A stretch of DNA of 64,000 bases from the human T2T-CHM13v2.0 reference genome, Homo sapiens. How positions within the stretch are numbered: the first letter of the stretch is position 1; the number at the start of each line of letters is the position of its first letter. The position numbers and the translations under genes are program-made. The stretch lies in assembly GCF_009914755.1 (NCBI RefSeq), contig NC_060943.1, one strand, 5' to 3'. Below, one piece after another: positions 1 through 17,157 of the stretch. Under the pieces are notes generated by a model. The model ran no database searches and was not told where the DNA came from. It saw only the letters and a list, made by a program, of their open reading frames with translations.

Positions 1-2
1 TT

Positions 3-631
<629 letters not shown>

Positions 632-1002
632 TCACCACATGCAGGGCCCTGGGCTAAGCTCTTGGCTGCCACCCCCTTTGCAGATGAGGAAACTGAGGCT
701 CAGAGAGAGCTCCCTTGTGCAAGTGACTAGCCAGGCACTGGCAGACTGTGAGGCTCAGCCTAGCCTGTGTCCCCTGAACCTGGACTCCCTGGGCTGTTGT
801 GGGGATTGCTATTATTTATAGTTAAGACTCATAACAATCCTTTTTTTTTTTTTTTTTTTGAGACAGGGTCTTGTTCTGTAGCCCAGGCTGGAGTGTAGTG
901 GCACTCTCACGGCTCACTGCAGCATCAACCTCCCGAGCTCAAGCCATCCTCCTGCCTCCTGAATAGCTGGGACTACAGATATGTGCCACTGTGCCCAGCT
1001 AA

Positions 1003-1176
<174 letters not shown>

Positions 1177-1670
1177 TAACTCACAGTTACTGTGATCAAG
1201 AAGAGCTAAAATTTACAATGGGCTTCCTGTGGGCCAGGTCCTATTCAGAGTGGCCCAGAGAGAGGCAGTACCTGCCTGGGGCCGCATGGCGAATAAGCAG
1301 AACAGGGATGGGAGAGCAGGTGGGTGGCGGAATCCTGGATTCCATGCCTTACCCAGTTATTAGAACAGCTCATGTCCTGGGCACTTACTTGGTGCCAGGC
1401 GCCGTGCCAACCTATTACAGACACGATCTCCTTTAATTAAAAAAACAGTAATAATCACAGCTAACACCTGCATGTTGCTCACAGTGAATCAGGGGCCGTT
1501 CTCAGTGCTCAGTGTAAACTGATTTATGTGACCCTATGATGTGGGTGTGGCTGTCACTATCGCCATTTCCCAGGGAAGGGAACTGAAGCACAGAGAGGTC
1601 AGGCTGCTGTTCCCTGTTTTAATCACCACAGCAATGCTAGGAGGTGTGTACTCTGGTGATTCCCATTTTA

Positions 1671-1991
<321 letters not shown>

Positions 1992-2008
1992 TCAGGAGTC
2001 GAGGGTCA

Positions 2009-2293
<285 letters not shown>

Positions 2294-2423
2294 CTATTAA
2301 AAAAAATATATATCATCTGCACACCAACAGGAATGGCTAAAACGAAATACGGAGGCCAGGCTTGTTGGCTCGCGCCTATAATCCCAACACTGGGAGGTCA
2401 ATGCAGGAGGATGGCTTGAGTCA

Positions 2424-2669
<246 letters not shown>

Positions 2670-2919
2670 TTAAAACAAATTGCAGGAGAGTCAAAGAGTA
2701 ACTACTACAGTATTGAATAGATGAGCTATCACTACACACAACAGCCCAGGTGGGTCTCAAAAATGTAATGCTGAGTGAAAGCAGCCGGGTGCATGAAATC
2801 ATCACCCAGTTACACTGATATAAAGAGCAAAACAAGGCCAAACAAATCCAGGGTCCAGGAGCCAAGACAGAGGTCACCCTTGGTGAGGGGAGTGACCAGG
2901 TGGGGACATGAGAAGGGCA

Positions 2920-4612
<1,693 letters not shown>

Positions 4613-4750
4613 TTCTAGGGTTTCTTACTCTGGGTACGGACAAATGTACTTTGTGAAAACGCACCAAGCCATACACTTACAGGTATGTGTACCTGGGTTT
4701 ATATGCAAATTACATTTCAGCTTTGGCAAAACATTTATTTTTCTTTTTTT

Positions 4751-4855
4751 AATATGAACACTTTATGAATTTATGTGTCATCTTTGCACAGAGGCCGTGC
4801 TAATTTTCTCTGTCTCATTCCAATTTTTATTTATATGTGATGCTGAAGCAAGCAC
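4751..4855 (-). pseudogene. U6 snRNA processed pseudogene in COQ8B intron
   Basis: Reverse complement GTGCTTGCTTCAGCATCACATATA...ACAGAGAAAATTAGCACGGCC...TTCATATT plus A-tail aligns to full-length U6. Confidence 0.92.
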
Positions 4856-5207
4856 AGCACAACAAAGCAATTCTTAAGCCTTTATTAATTTTGAAGGCCA
4901 GTTGTGGTGGCTCACAGCTGTAATCCCAGCACTTTAGGAGGCCAGGGTAAGAGGATCTCTTGAGCCCAGAAGTTCAAAGCTGCAGTGAGCCATGACTCAC
5001 CACTGCACTCTAGCCTGGGTGACAGCAAGACTCTATCTCTTAAAATAAAATTTAAAATAAAATAAAATGTTATTGAGCTCATTATTGAGCTGTTCCAGGC
5101 AGAATCCTAAGTGTCTTTGTGGATTCTCTGGCTGAATGCCCACAATCACACCTGGAAGTAAGAATTATCAATCCTTTAATTTTCAAGGTGAGAAAGCAAG
5201 AGACTCA

Positions 5208-5471
<264 letters not shown>

Positions 5472-6280
5472 TTAGCCAGGCGTGGTGGCACGTGTCTATA
5501 ATCCCAGCTATGCAGGAGGCTGAGGTGGGAGGATCACCTGAGCCTGGGGAAGTCAAGGCTGCAGTGAGCCATGATCGTACCATTGCATTCCAGCCTGGGT
5601 GACACAGCAAGACCCTGTCTCCAAAAAAAAAAAGACAGAAAAAAATCCAAACAGAAAAGTTGCATGCATAATATCGTGAACACCTGCACACCCGCACACC
5701 CTCCACCTCGATTCAACATGGTACCATTCTGCTTCGTCTGCTTTATCTGTGCGTGTACCCACACACTTACTATTATTATTTTTTGCTGACCCACTTGCAT
5801 GTAGTTGCACTTAAGCTTTGCTAAGAATAAGGATATTCCCCTACACAATCACAGTACCATAATCACATGTAAGAAAATTAACACCAATTCCTTAACATCT
5901 GCCATGCAGTCCATATTCAGATTTTCCATTTGTCTCCAAAAAGTCTTTCATGGCTGTTTTTTCCAAACTGATATGCAATCATGGTTCAGATGCTCCATTT
6001 GTCAAATAATGTCTCTTTCATCTGTTTTTAATCTGGAATATCCACCCCCACTTGTTTCAAGACATTGACTTGTTGAGGGAACCTCCACCTACCCTCAACT
6101 TTTTATTTTATTTTTTATAACGGCAAATGCTACACATCTAATTCCATCTCTGATGTACACAGACCCTCGCTGGCACTTCTATTTTCAGCTTTCTGCTCCT
6201 GCTCCAAGTTAGGAACTCCCAATGGCTTAAATGTTTTCTCAGATAATCTAATATGTGGCTGGGCACAGTGGCTCATGCTA

Positions 6281-6565
<285 letters not shown>

Positions 6566-6745
6566 TTAATCATGACCCTGATAGTGGTTTAGGCCTGTTC
6601 AAAGCACTTCACAATGACTCTAAGAGGTGGGTAAATTATCACCACCTCCATCTTCCGCATGAGGAAACTGGAGCTCAGAGGGGTGAAGTCACTTGCCCCA
6701 GGTCACACAGCAAAGCCAGGATCTGAACCCAGGCAGTGTGGCTCA

Positions 6746-7311
<566 letters not shown>

Positions 7312-7366
7312 TAAGGTGCAGCTTCCTCTTTCTTTAACCCTTTCTCCATGTCTCTGTCTCCCTCCC

Positions 7367-7533
7367 AGCAGTTCTCAGCCCTGGCTGCACATTCCAGTTA
7401 CCAGAGGAGCTCCGGTAAATATAATGCCCAGACTCCACTCCCCAAATTCTGATTAAATTGGCCTGAGACATGGGAATTTGTGTTTTGTTAAAAAGCACCT
7501 CAGATAATTCTAATGTGCGATCAAGGTTAAGAA
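7367..7533. mobile_element. MER5-family hAT MITE
   Basis: CAGCAGTTCTCA…GATAATTCTAATGTGC…GGTTAAGAA. Confidence 0.65.
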
Positions 7534-7716
7534 GGCCCCTCGGCCGGGCACAGTGGCTCATGCCTATGATCCCAGCACTTTGGGAGGCCGAGGTGGGCAG
7601 ATCATCTGAAGTCAGGAGGTCGAGACCAGCCTGGCCAACGTGGAGAAACCCTGTCTCTACTAAAAATACAAAATCAGCCGGGCGTGGTGGTGCATGCCTG
7701 TAATCCCAGCTACTCA

Positions 7717-7821
<105 letters not shown>

Positions 7822-8090
7822 TCAAAAAAAAAAAAAAAAAGAAGGCCCCGAAACAATTGTCCTAGGTCCCTCTGTCTTCTGGTGACTCTTCTTTCTCTGT
7901 CCACACCTCCTCTTCTTTATGCTTATCTCTTTTTCTTTTTAGAGACAGGGTCTCACTCTGTCGCCCAGGCTGGAGTGCAATGGCACCATCATAACTCACT
8001 GCAGCCTCAAATTCCTGAGCTCAAGTGATCCTCTTCCCTCAGCCTCCTGAGTAGCTGAGACCACACGTGCATACCACCACGCTCACCTAA

Positions 8091-8210
<120 letters not shown>

Positions 8211-9102
8211 TGACCTCTCCCTTTCTAAGCCAGTTATTTCTGCATCTCTTGCCTTCTCCCCATTTGTCCTATCTATCTAGATCTCTTTCTCTCTTTTCCT
8301 CCCTTTGATGTTATCTCTCCATCTCTGATTTCCTCTGCTACCTCTCCTCTTGTCCCTAAAGACGTCTCGGGTCTCTCTCCTTCTTTTGTTGTCACCATCT
8401 CTGTCAATTACCATATCTGGCATTTTCTGTGTCCTTTCTACATGTCAGGGGCTGTTCCCAGTGCCTTCTGTGCACTTACTAATTTTTGTCCTTACATGAG
8501 GTCTCCACCTTCATAAAATGTATTTTACAGAAAACTTCCATTTTACAGAAAAGGAAATTGAGGTTCAGAGAAGTGAAGTAATTTGCCCAGAGTCACGTCA
8601 CAAAGCGAGGACACAGCAGAGTCATCCCTTAATCCCTGGGCAGCCTGGTGCCAAAGCTCTAACCAGTGCCTTTGACTGCCTCTGCAGACTGTGAATCTAT
8701 CTATGTATATATATATAGATTTTTTTTTTTTGAGACAGAGTTTCACTCTTGCTGCCCAGGCTGGAGTGCAATGGTGCGATCTTGGTTCACTGCAATCTCT
8801 ACCTCCTGGGTACAAGCAAGTGAATCTATATTTTTAAAACTTGAACCAGGCGGGGCATGGTAGCTCACGCCTATAATCCCAGCACTTTGGGAGGCTGAGG
8901 CAGGTGGATCACGAGGTGAGGAGTTCGAGATCAGCTTGACCAACATGGTGAAACCCCATCTCTACTAAAAATACAGAAATTAGCGGTCAGGCACAGTGGC
9001 TCACGTCTGTAATCCTGGCACTTTAGGAGGCCAAGGCAGGCGGATCATGAGGTCAGGAGATCGAGACCATCCTGGCCAACATGGTGAAACCCTGTCTCCC
9101 TA

Positions 9103-9455
<353 letters not shown>

Positions 9456-9749
9456 TTATTTCATGTGACTTGCACGACATCCGGCTGTGTAACCCAAAGT
9501 CAAGTGACCTCCCCTTTGTTAGCCTCAATGTCCTCATGTACGGAATAGAACACTCATTGATTCAGTGCAGCATGTGTGTATATGGGACACTGCACATTAC
9601 AGGTTCTCAGTAAATGTTATTATGGCCAGGAGCAGTGGCTCATGCCTAGAACCCCAGCACTTCGGGAGGCCGAGGCAGGAGGATCGCTTGAGACCAACTT
9701 GAGCAACATAGGGAGACCCTATCTCTACAAAAAAATATTTTTTAAATTA

Positions 9750-9974
<225 letters not shown>

Positions 9975-10092
9975 TCACAAAGCGAGGACATAGCAGAGTC
10001 ATCCCTTGAACCCTGGGCAGCCTGGTGCCAAAGCTCTACCACTGCCTGACAAACATGGTGAAACCCCGTCTCTACTAAAAATACAAAAATTA

Positions 10093-10566
<474 letters not shown>

Positions 10567-10758
10567 TCAAAAAAAAAAAAAAAAATTATCATTTATGTTC
10601 CTCTTGATTTCTCTTGGCCTTGCAGGCCCTTGCCTTTGTCTCTCTTTTTTTGTCTCTCTCTCTTTCCTGTCTCTGATTCATCCTCTCCCTTGCTTCAATC
10701 TGTAAATGTTGCCCTTTCTAATTGAGGTCACACCAAGATCCCCCAAAGTCACACCTAC

Positions 10759-10825
10759 CCCCAAAGTTGGCCAAGCGGCTGATGCGGGAGGCAGGCACCT
10801 TGCGTTCTCGAGAGCGGTCACTCAG
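10759..10825 (-). CDS. COQ8B: COQ8B coding exon [22 protein letters not shown]
   Basis: 67 nt, cccag| and |gtaggt; conserved COQ8 RERKVP motif. Confidence 0.95.
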
Positions 10826-10969
10826 CTGGGAAATGGGGACAAGGTCTGAGGGTGGGAAAGTGGGCATCGTGGCCAGAGAGTGCAGCCACTCTGCCACCAC
10901 ACCCTTCCCCAAGCTCAGGGGGCCAGCAGTATTCGTGGGGTGTTGCTGGGTGGGTGGGGGTAATGATAC

Positions 10970-11089
10970 CTGGGGCCGGGGTGTCTTCCTGGGACGGGCC
11001 TCCCGTGCCCTGCGAATGTCCTCCTCACCCAGGCCTCTCCCAGGCCCATCCTGGTAAAACTTTTGGGCCCAAGAACCTCCACATGGTCC
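10970..11089 (-). CDS. COQ8B: COQ8B coding exon [15 protein letters not shown]...KTPRPQ
   Basis: 120 nt, ttgcag| and |gtatca. Confidence 0.94.
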
Positions 11090-11213
11090 CTGCAAGAGAT
11101 ATACTTTGATAAGGAGGGGAGGACATGGGATCACCTGGCCCTTCTGGACCCCTCCTGTCCTTTTACCCTCTGAAGTCTCCCTCAGCCTCTTCCCCTTGGG
11201 GACCTGCTCCCTA

Positions 11214-11351
<138 letters not shown>

Positions 11352-12537
11352 TCAGGTGGGAGTTGCCTGGCTTCTTGGCCAGGCCCCCATGTTCCTCTGT
11401 GTCCACCCTCTCTCATTCCCACCCACTAAATACTTCCTCCACTATTAATAGATTCCCACAGTTTCTCCTGGTTCTCCCCTGGTTGCTAGGAACCCTTAGC
11501 TCTTCCTGCAGGCCTCCCAAAACCCACTTTCCCCCCTCTCCCAACCCTCGCCGTTGCTAGGGTCCGCCCCCGTTACTAGACACCCACAGTTCCTCAGGGG
11601 CTACCTCTCCACTTCTCTGAAACCCCCCTCGTTGCTATGCACCGCCTTCCCCTCTGTTGGCCCTGTAGGCACCCGCAATTCCTCCGGTGTCCCCCCGCCC
11701 GATCCCCACCCCGTTACTGAGCACCTCCCCCCGTTGCTAAGCACCCACTGCTCTCAGCCTCCGAGTCCGCAACCTGCTGGGGCCCTCCTGTGCTTCCGGG
11801 AGCCTCTGTATGCCCGCCCCCTTCGGCCAGCCAACCAATGGCGCGGCAGCAACTCGCTGACTGGCACGGAGTTTCTCCATCTGTGCGCGGGGGAAGGGGC
11901 CAGAGAGAGGCCCTAGCGATGGAGCCTGGAATTAAGGTGGGCATCGGGGGCCCATCTGGGGGGATTGCTGAGGCATCGCGGGAGCGCAAGCGTGCCCTGT
12001 CTGCCCTTCCACTCACCTCAAAGTGCCTTGTACGCGACAGACCCTTCTGTTCCCTACACTTTCTTGCAAAGTCTCCCTTACAAACCTGACGCCTCTCTTC
12101 TGCACGAATATCTTGCCAACCCCCCTTCTTATTTTTACCCCTGGCAGGCTCAACACAATTCCTTTGAATACACATTCTTCCCAGCAAACATTTCCCTTGC
12201 ACATGGAGCCCCTCCACTTTGCACAAACACCCACATTCTGGCACCCAACCTCCTTCCTTGTGCATATAAATCCCTTGCCTTGCTTGCCAACTGTTTCCCG
12301 CTCACGCCTTCAACTCTCTCGTGTACATACCCTCCCCCCCACTTGCACACTGAGTCTCTGTTCCCTCACACACCCTGTTCTCTCCGCTCCCCGCCCACCT
12401 GCGGAATGGTGCGACTGGGAGCCCTCTGCTTCCTGTAGGCCTGACATTTCCCAGAACACACTCAGCCAAGATTCCCAGTGCTGAGTCAGGAACCTTGGCA
12501 TCCCAGAAAACCACCTCCCATCCTATCTTTCTTTCTC

Positions 12538-12571
<34 letters not shown>

Positions 12572-12574
12572 CGT
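12538..12574. repeat. (TG)n(CG)n microsatellite
   Basis: 37 bp uninterrupted purine-pyrimidine alternation. Confidence 0.95.
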
Positions 12575-13278
12575 TGGAAAGCCTGCTCTCCCCACAACAG
12601 GCTGACTCACCCACTTCTCACAGTCTGGAATAGAGGCATCTGGTTGGGGCATCTTTCCCACCACTGGGAGAGGGAGGGATGCCGATGCTTCCCCCACAGA
12701 ACCCCGCTGCCCCAACCCCTCTTGTCGGGAATCAGGCCTCTTTGTCTCTATTCCCGTACTGTGTGACCTCAGAAAAGCCCTCATCCCTCTCTGGACTTCT
12801 CCTTCCCAACCTGTATGAGGTACTAGGTGGGCTCCTGCCTTCGATTTCTCTCATTGGTCTGTGAAAAGGTGACTCATTTTAGAGCCTTGGACCTGTGCCC
12901 AATGTCTCCCCCAGTTGACTCAATTTCAAGACAAACCACCTCCTCTCCCCCTTCAGAGGTGAACGGCTGACTCAGGAGCTGGGTGGCAGCTCAGCCTTGG
13001 GGGCAAAATATATCAAAATCACCTAGGACAATAAATAATCCTACTGGGCTACAACTGACAGTGCCAGGCCCGGGGCCACATGCTTCACATACATGAGATC
13101 ATGTCAGATAGCCCCGTAGCTGCAAGCAAAGGGTAGAGGCCGGCAGATCTCTGAGCCTCTGTTCTCACGTGTAAAATGGAGCCCTGGCATCCCTATTGTT
13201 CAGCCTTGGAGAATGAACTGAAATCGTGTCAGGGTCTGATACAGAACAAGTACTCTATACATGACAGAGATTTCTTAC

Positions 13279-13580
13279 GGAAAATCCAATGGAGCGTAAG
13301 TCATTTGCTCAGGGTAGCGGAGCTGGGAACTGGCAGAGGAAGGTCTCGAACCCACACCCGTGGGAACTCCAAGTCTTTGAAAGTCCGTCCCGCCCCTGCG
13401 TGAAGAATGGGCGCGCGGCTGGACTCGTCACCGGGGGTTTTAGGGAAGGTTGAACTTGTCATTCAACCGTGTAGGGAGGGTGGTTTAGTCACAGGGGTGG
13501 AGGGAGGGGGCCCACTGGCGCGCCACCAGGACCCCGGTGCCCTAGATGCATACCTGGCCGCGCTTCGGATGCTCAGAGGC
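13279..13580 (-). other. COQ8B: Probable COQ8B non-coding first exon
   Basis: Donor TCC|GTAAGA at 13278; lies in CpG island; alternative donor CAG|GTATGC at 13553; TSS approximate. Confidence 0.6.
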
Positions 13581-14130
13581 AAACCCCCTCCCCTTGGGAG
13601 GCGGAGTCGGACAAGGCTCCGTCTCGTTCCGTTCCGTCACGTCCGGTGGGGCGGGGCTTCGGGGCTTTCCCCTTTGAGGGGAGTATCGGTTAACCCTTGC
13701 GCGGCGGGGCGGGCTGGAGCTCCGCGGGCCGGAACCCGGGAGTCGGGGCTCCCCAGCCACACCCCTCGCGGGATTTAAAGGGATAGGAGGGGCCGGGTCG
13801 GCCGAAGCCCGAACCGAAGGAGCGGGCATGAGGCGCTGCCCGTGCCGTGGGAGCCTGAACGAGGCGGAGGCCGGGGCGCTGCCCGCGGCGGCCCGCATGG
13901 GACTGGAGGCGCCGCGAGGAGGGCGGCGGCGGCAGCCGGGACAGCAGCGACCTGGGCCCGGCGCAGGGGCCCCGGCGGGGCGGCCGGAGGGGGGCGGGCC
14001 CTGGGCCCGGACAGAGGGGTCCAGCCTCCACAGCGAGCCTGAGAGGGCCGGCCTCGGGCCTGCGCCGGGGACAGAGAGTCCGCAGGCAGAATTCTGGACA
14101 GACGGACAGACTGAGCCCGCGGCAGCTGGC
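13380..14130. promoter_or_regulatory. CpG island, bidirectional COQ8B/ITPKC promoter
   Basis: CpG-rich; GC boxes (~13648, ~13705), CGTCA half-CRE ~13635, TATA-like ATTTAAA ~13773 shortly upstream of ITPKC ATG. Confidence 0.85.
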
Positions 14131-14982
14131 CTTGGAGTAGAGACCGAGAGGCCCAAGCAAAAGACGGAGCCAGACAGGTCCAGCCTCCGGACGCATCTAG
14201 AATGGAGCTGGTCAGAGCTGGAGACGACTTGTCTTTGGACGGAGACCGGGACAGATGGCCTTTGGACTGATCCGCACAGGTCCGACCTCCAGTTTCAGCC
14301 CGAGGAGGCCAGCCCCTGGACACAGCCAGGGGTTCATGGGCCCTGGACAGAGCTGGAAACGCATGGGTCACAGACTCAGCCAGAGAGGGTCAAGTCCTGG
14401 GCTGATAACCTCTGGACCCACCAGAACAGTTCCAGCCTCCAGACTCACCCAGAAGGAGCCTGTCCCTCAAAAGAGCCAAGTGCTGATGGCTCCTGGAAAG
14501 AATTGTATACTGATGGCTCCAGGACACAACAGGATATTGAAGGTCCCTGGACAGAGCCATATACTGATGGCTCCCAGAAAAAACAGGATACTGAAGCAGC
14601 CAGGAAACAGCCTGGCACTGGTGGTTTCCAAATACAACAGGATACTGATGGCTCCTGGACACAACCTAGCACTGACGGTTCCCAGACAGCACCTGGGACA
14701 GACTGCCTCTTGGGAGAGCCTGAGGATGGCCCATTAGAGGAACCAGAGCCTGGAGAATTGCTGACTCACCTGTACTCTCACCTGAAGTGTAGCCCCCTGT
14801 GCCCTGTGCCCCGCCTCATCATTACCCCTGAGACCCCTGAGCCTGAGGCCCAGCCAGTGGGACCCCCCTCCCGGGTTGAGGGGGGCAGCGGCGGCTTCTC
14901 CTCTGCCTCTTCTTTCGACGAGTCTGAGGATGACGTGGTGGCCGGGGGCGGAGGTGCCAGCGATCCCGAGGACAGGTCTGGG
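13828..14982 (+). CDS. ITPKC: ITPKC exon 1 (385 codons, disordered N-terminus)
   Basis: [13 protein letters not shown]...DRSG, donor GGG|gtgagt; 1155 nt. Confidence 0.97.
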
Positions 14983-16057
14983 GTGAGTGGGACCCATCCT
15001 GCCCTTGAGCCACATCACGCAAAACTCCTTATTCCTCCGCCTTTGCTTAGGAAGTTCTCTACCCATTTACTGTTAGTTGCCCACCAGCAATTTCATCTCC
15101 GGGAACCTCTTCCATCCACTGACCTCCTCCCTCTGACAGCCAGGTTACTAATTCACTCCAGGCACCCCTTCTTAATTCTCTCCTTTCCCCTTCCTGCACT
15201 GTCTCCACTCCTGGGGGTCTACAATGGAGGGCCACTGACCGACTTTATGGGGCCCAGGAACCCCTGAAATTGTAGGACTAAGGAGCCTGCCGTGCGTGTT
15301 CACATACATTGTTGCAGCGACGGTCTGACATCTGTCTAATCCTCTGGAATCTGAAGAACACTGGGATAGGGAGACAGGCAGGGTGCACTTTCTACCCCAC
15401 ATTTCTTAATCTGGGGCCTGTGGCTGTCTTAAAGGGTCACAAACCTTCACCACCCCTTAGCCTATTTGTATGTACATTTTTCTAGGGAGCAAAGCGATTC
15501 CCCCAGCTTGCATCAGATTCGCAAAAGGGCTGTGTGACCCCAAACGCCAAAGGATCCTTGGCCTAGCCGGGAGCCCACCTGGTCTCCCCTGTGACCCCTA
15601 CATCCCCAAGGAGCCCCCTGAACACTCTTGTTTACTTTGTCCACCGTCACCCCCAGCTTGGGTGTGGCTCTCCCCTGGTGAATCAGGAGGACCGGCCGGG
15701 CAGGTTCAGGGAGGGCGGGACAGAGCAGAGGCCGGTGTGAAACTGGAGAGCCTCACGTGGGGCTGGGAGCCGTGGGGCTGGGAGCCGAGTCCGGAGTCCA
15801 TCAGCTTGCCAGCTTGCCTGCTGAGGCCTCTTTTTGCTCTGGGGCCCCTGGCTGGAGTCTGCCCTGAGCCCCGCTTCACCCCACATGCCTTCCTTGGGGA
15901 CGTGTTCACACATGTGGCCCTAGCTGTGAGAGACAGACCTGCCTTGACGTGCCTGTGCCTGTGTGCAGGGGCTGACCCTCCTGGGCCCCATTGCTTTTTT
16001 CTCTCTGCCTGCCCTCTCACTTCCTTGGCATCTCAGAACAGCTGAGCTGGAAGTGGG

Positions 16058-16059
<2 letters not shown>

Positions 16060-16091
<32 letters not shown>

Positions 16092-16098
16092 CAACAAT
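16060..16098. repeat. (AAT)n(AAC)n microsatellite
   Basis: Seen directly. Confidence 0.9.
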
Positions 16099-16203
16099 TA
16101 GCACTCACTCATGTTTAGCCCTGTGCTAAGTGCTGTGCTTTTATTAACTCACTCACTCCTCGCAGCAACCCTAATGAGGTAGATACTTTTTTTTTTTTTC
16201 TGA

Positions 16204-16305
<102 letters not shown>

Positions 16306-16896
16306 TGAGTAGGTGAGACACCAGGTGCCCGCCACCACACCTGGCTCATTTCTGTATTTTGAGTAGAGACAGGGTTTCATCATGTTGGCCAGGCTGACCT
16401 CAAGACTCCTGACCTCAAGTGATCCACCCGCCTCAGCCTCCCGAAGTGCTGGAATTACCAGCATGAGCCACTGCACCCGGCTGAGGTAGATACTATTATT
16501 ATCCCCTTTTACAGATGAGGAAACTGAGGCACAGAGAATTCAAGTCACTTGTCCAAGGATATCACCTTGCAAGATGCAGATCAAATAATTCTAATCCTTA
16601 CTGTACACCAGACACTGTTTTAAGTTTTTTCTTCTTTTTTTTTTTTAGTCTTTTTTGTCAATTTTTTTCTGTCATTTTTTATCTTAAAATAGCATCTATC
16701 TTAATTAAGGGCTTTGTATGTGTTAACTCTGAGTCCTTATGACAGCACTGAGATTGTCTCCATTCAACAGATGGGGGCCAGGCTCAGTGGCCCAAGCCTG
16801 TAATCCCAGCACTTTGGGAGGCCGAGGCAGGGGGATCACCTAAGGTCAGGAGTTCAAGACCAGCCTGGCCAACATGATGAAACCCTGTCTCTACTA

Positions 16897-17157
<261 letters not shown>

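Noticed and set aside
10962-10969. COQ8B donor GTATCA as a possible U12 site
   Set aside because: Lacks CC at +5/+6 and has no U12 branch near the acceptor
11481-11745. CRISPR-like repeat-spacer reading of the GTTGCTA repeats
   Set aside because: Eukaryotic locus; repeats short, degenerate and irregularly spaced; no cas genes
11714-12784. Overlapping 150-180 aa ORFs in COQ8B intron 1
   Set aside because: No homology recognised; low-complexity, includes a microsatellite
13542-14371. Long minus-strand ORFs over the CpG island
   Set aside because: GC-rich stop-poor shadow frames of ITPKC exon 1; no recognisable protein
15470-16045. 191-aa ORF in ITPKC intron 1
   Set aside because: Starts in a decayed repeat; no domain; GC-rich chance ORF
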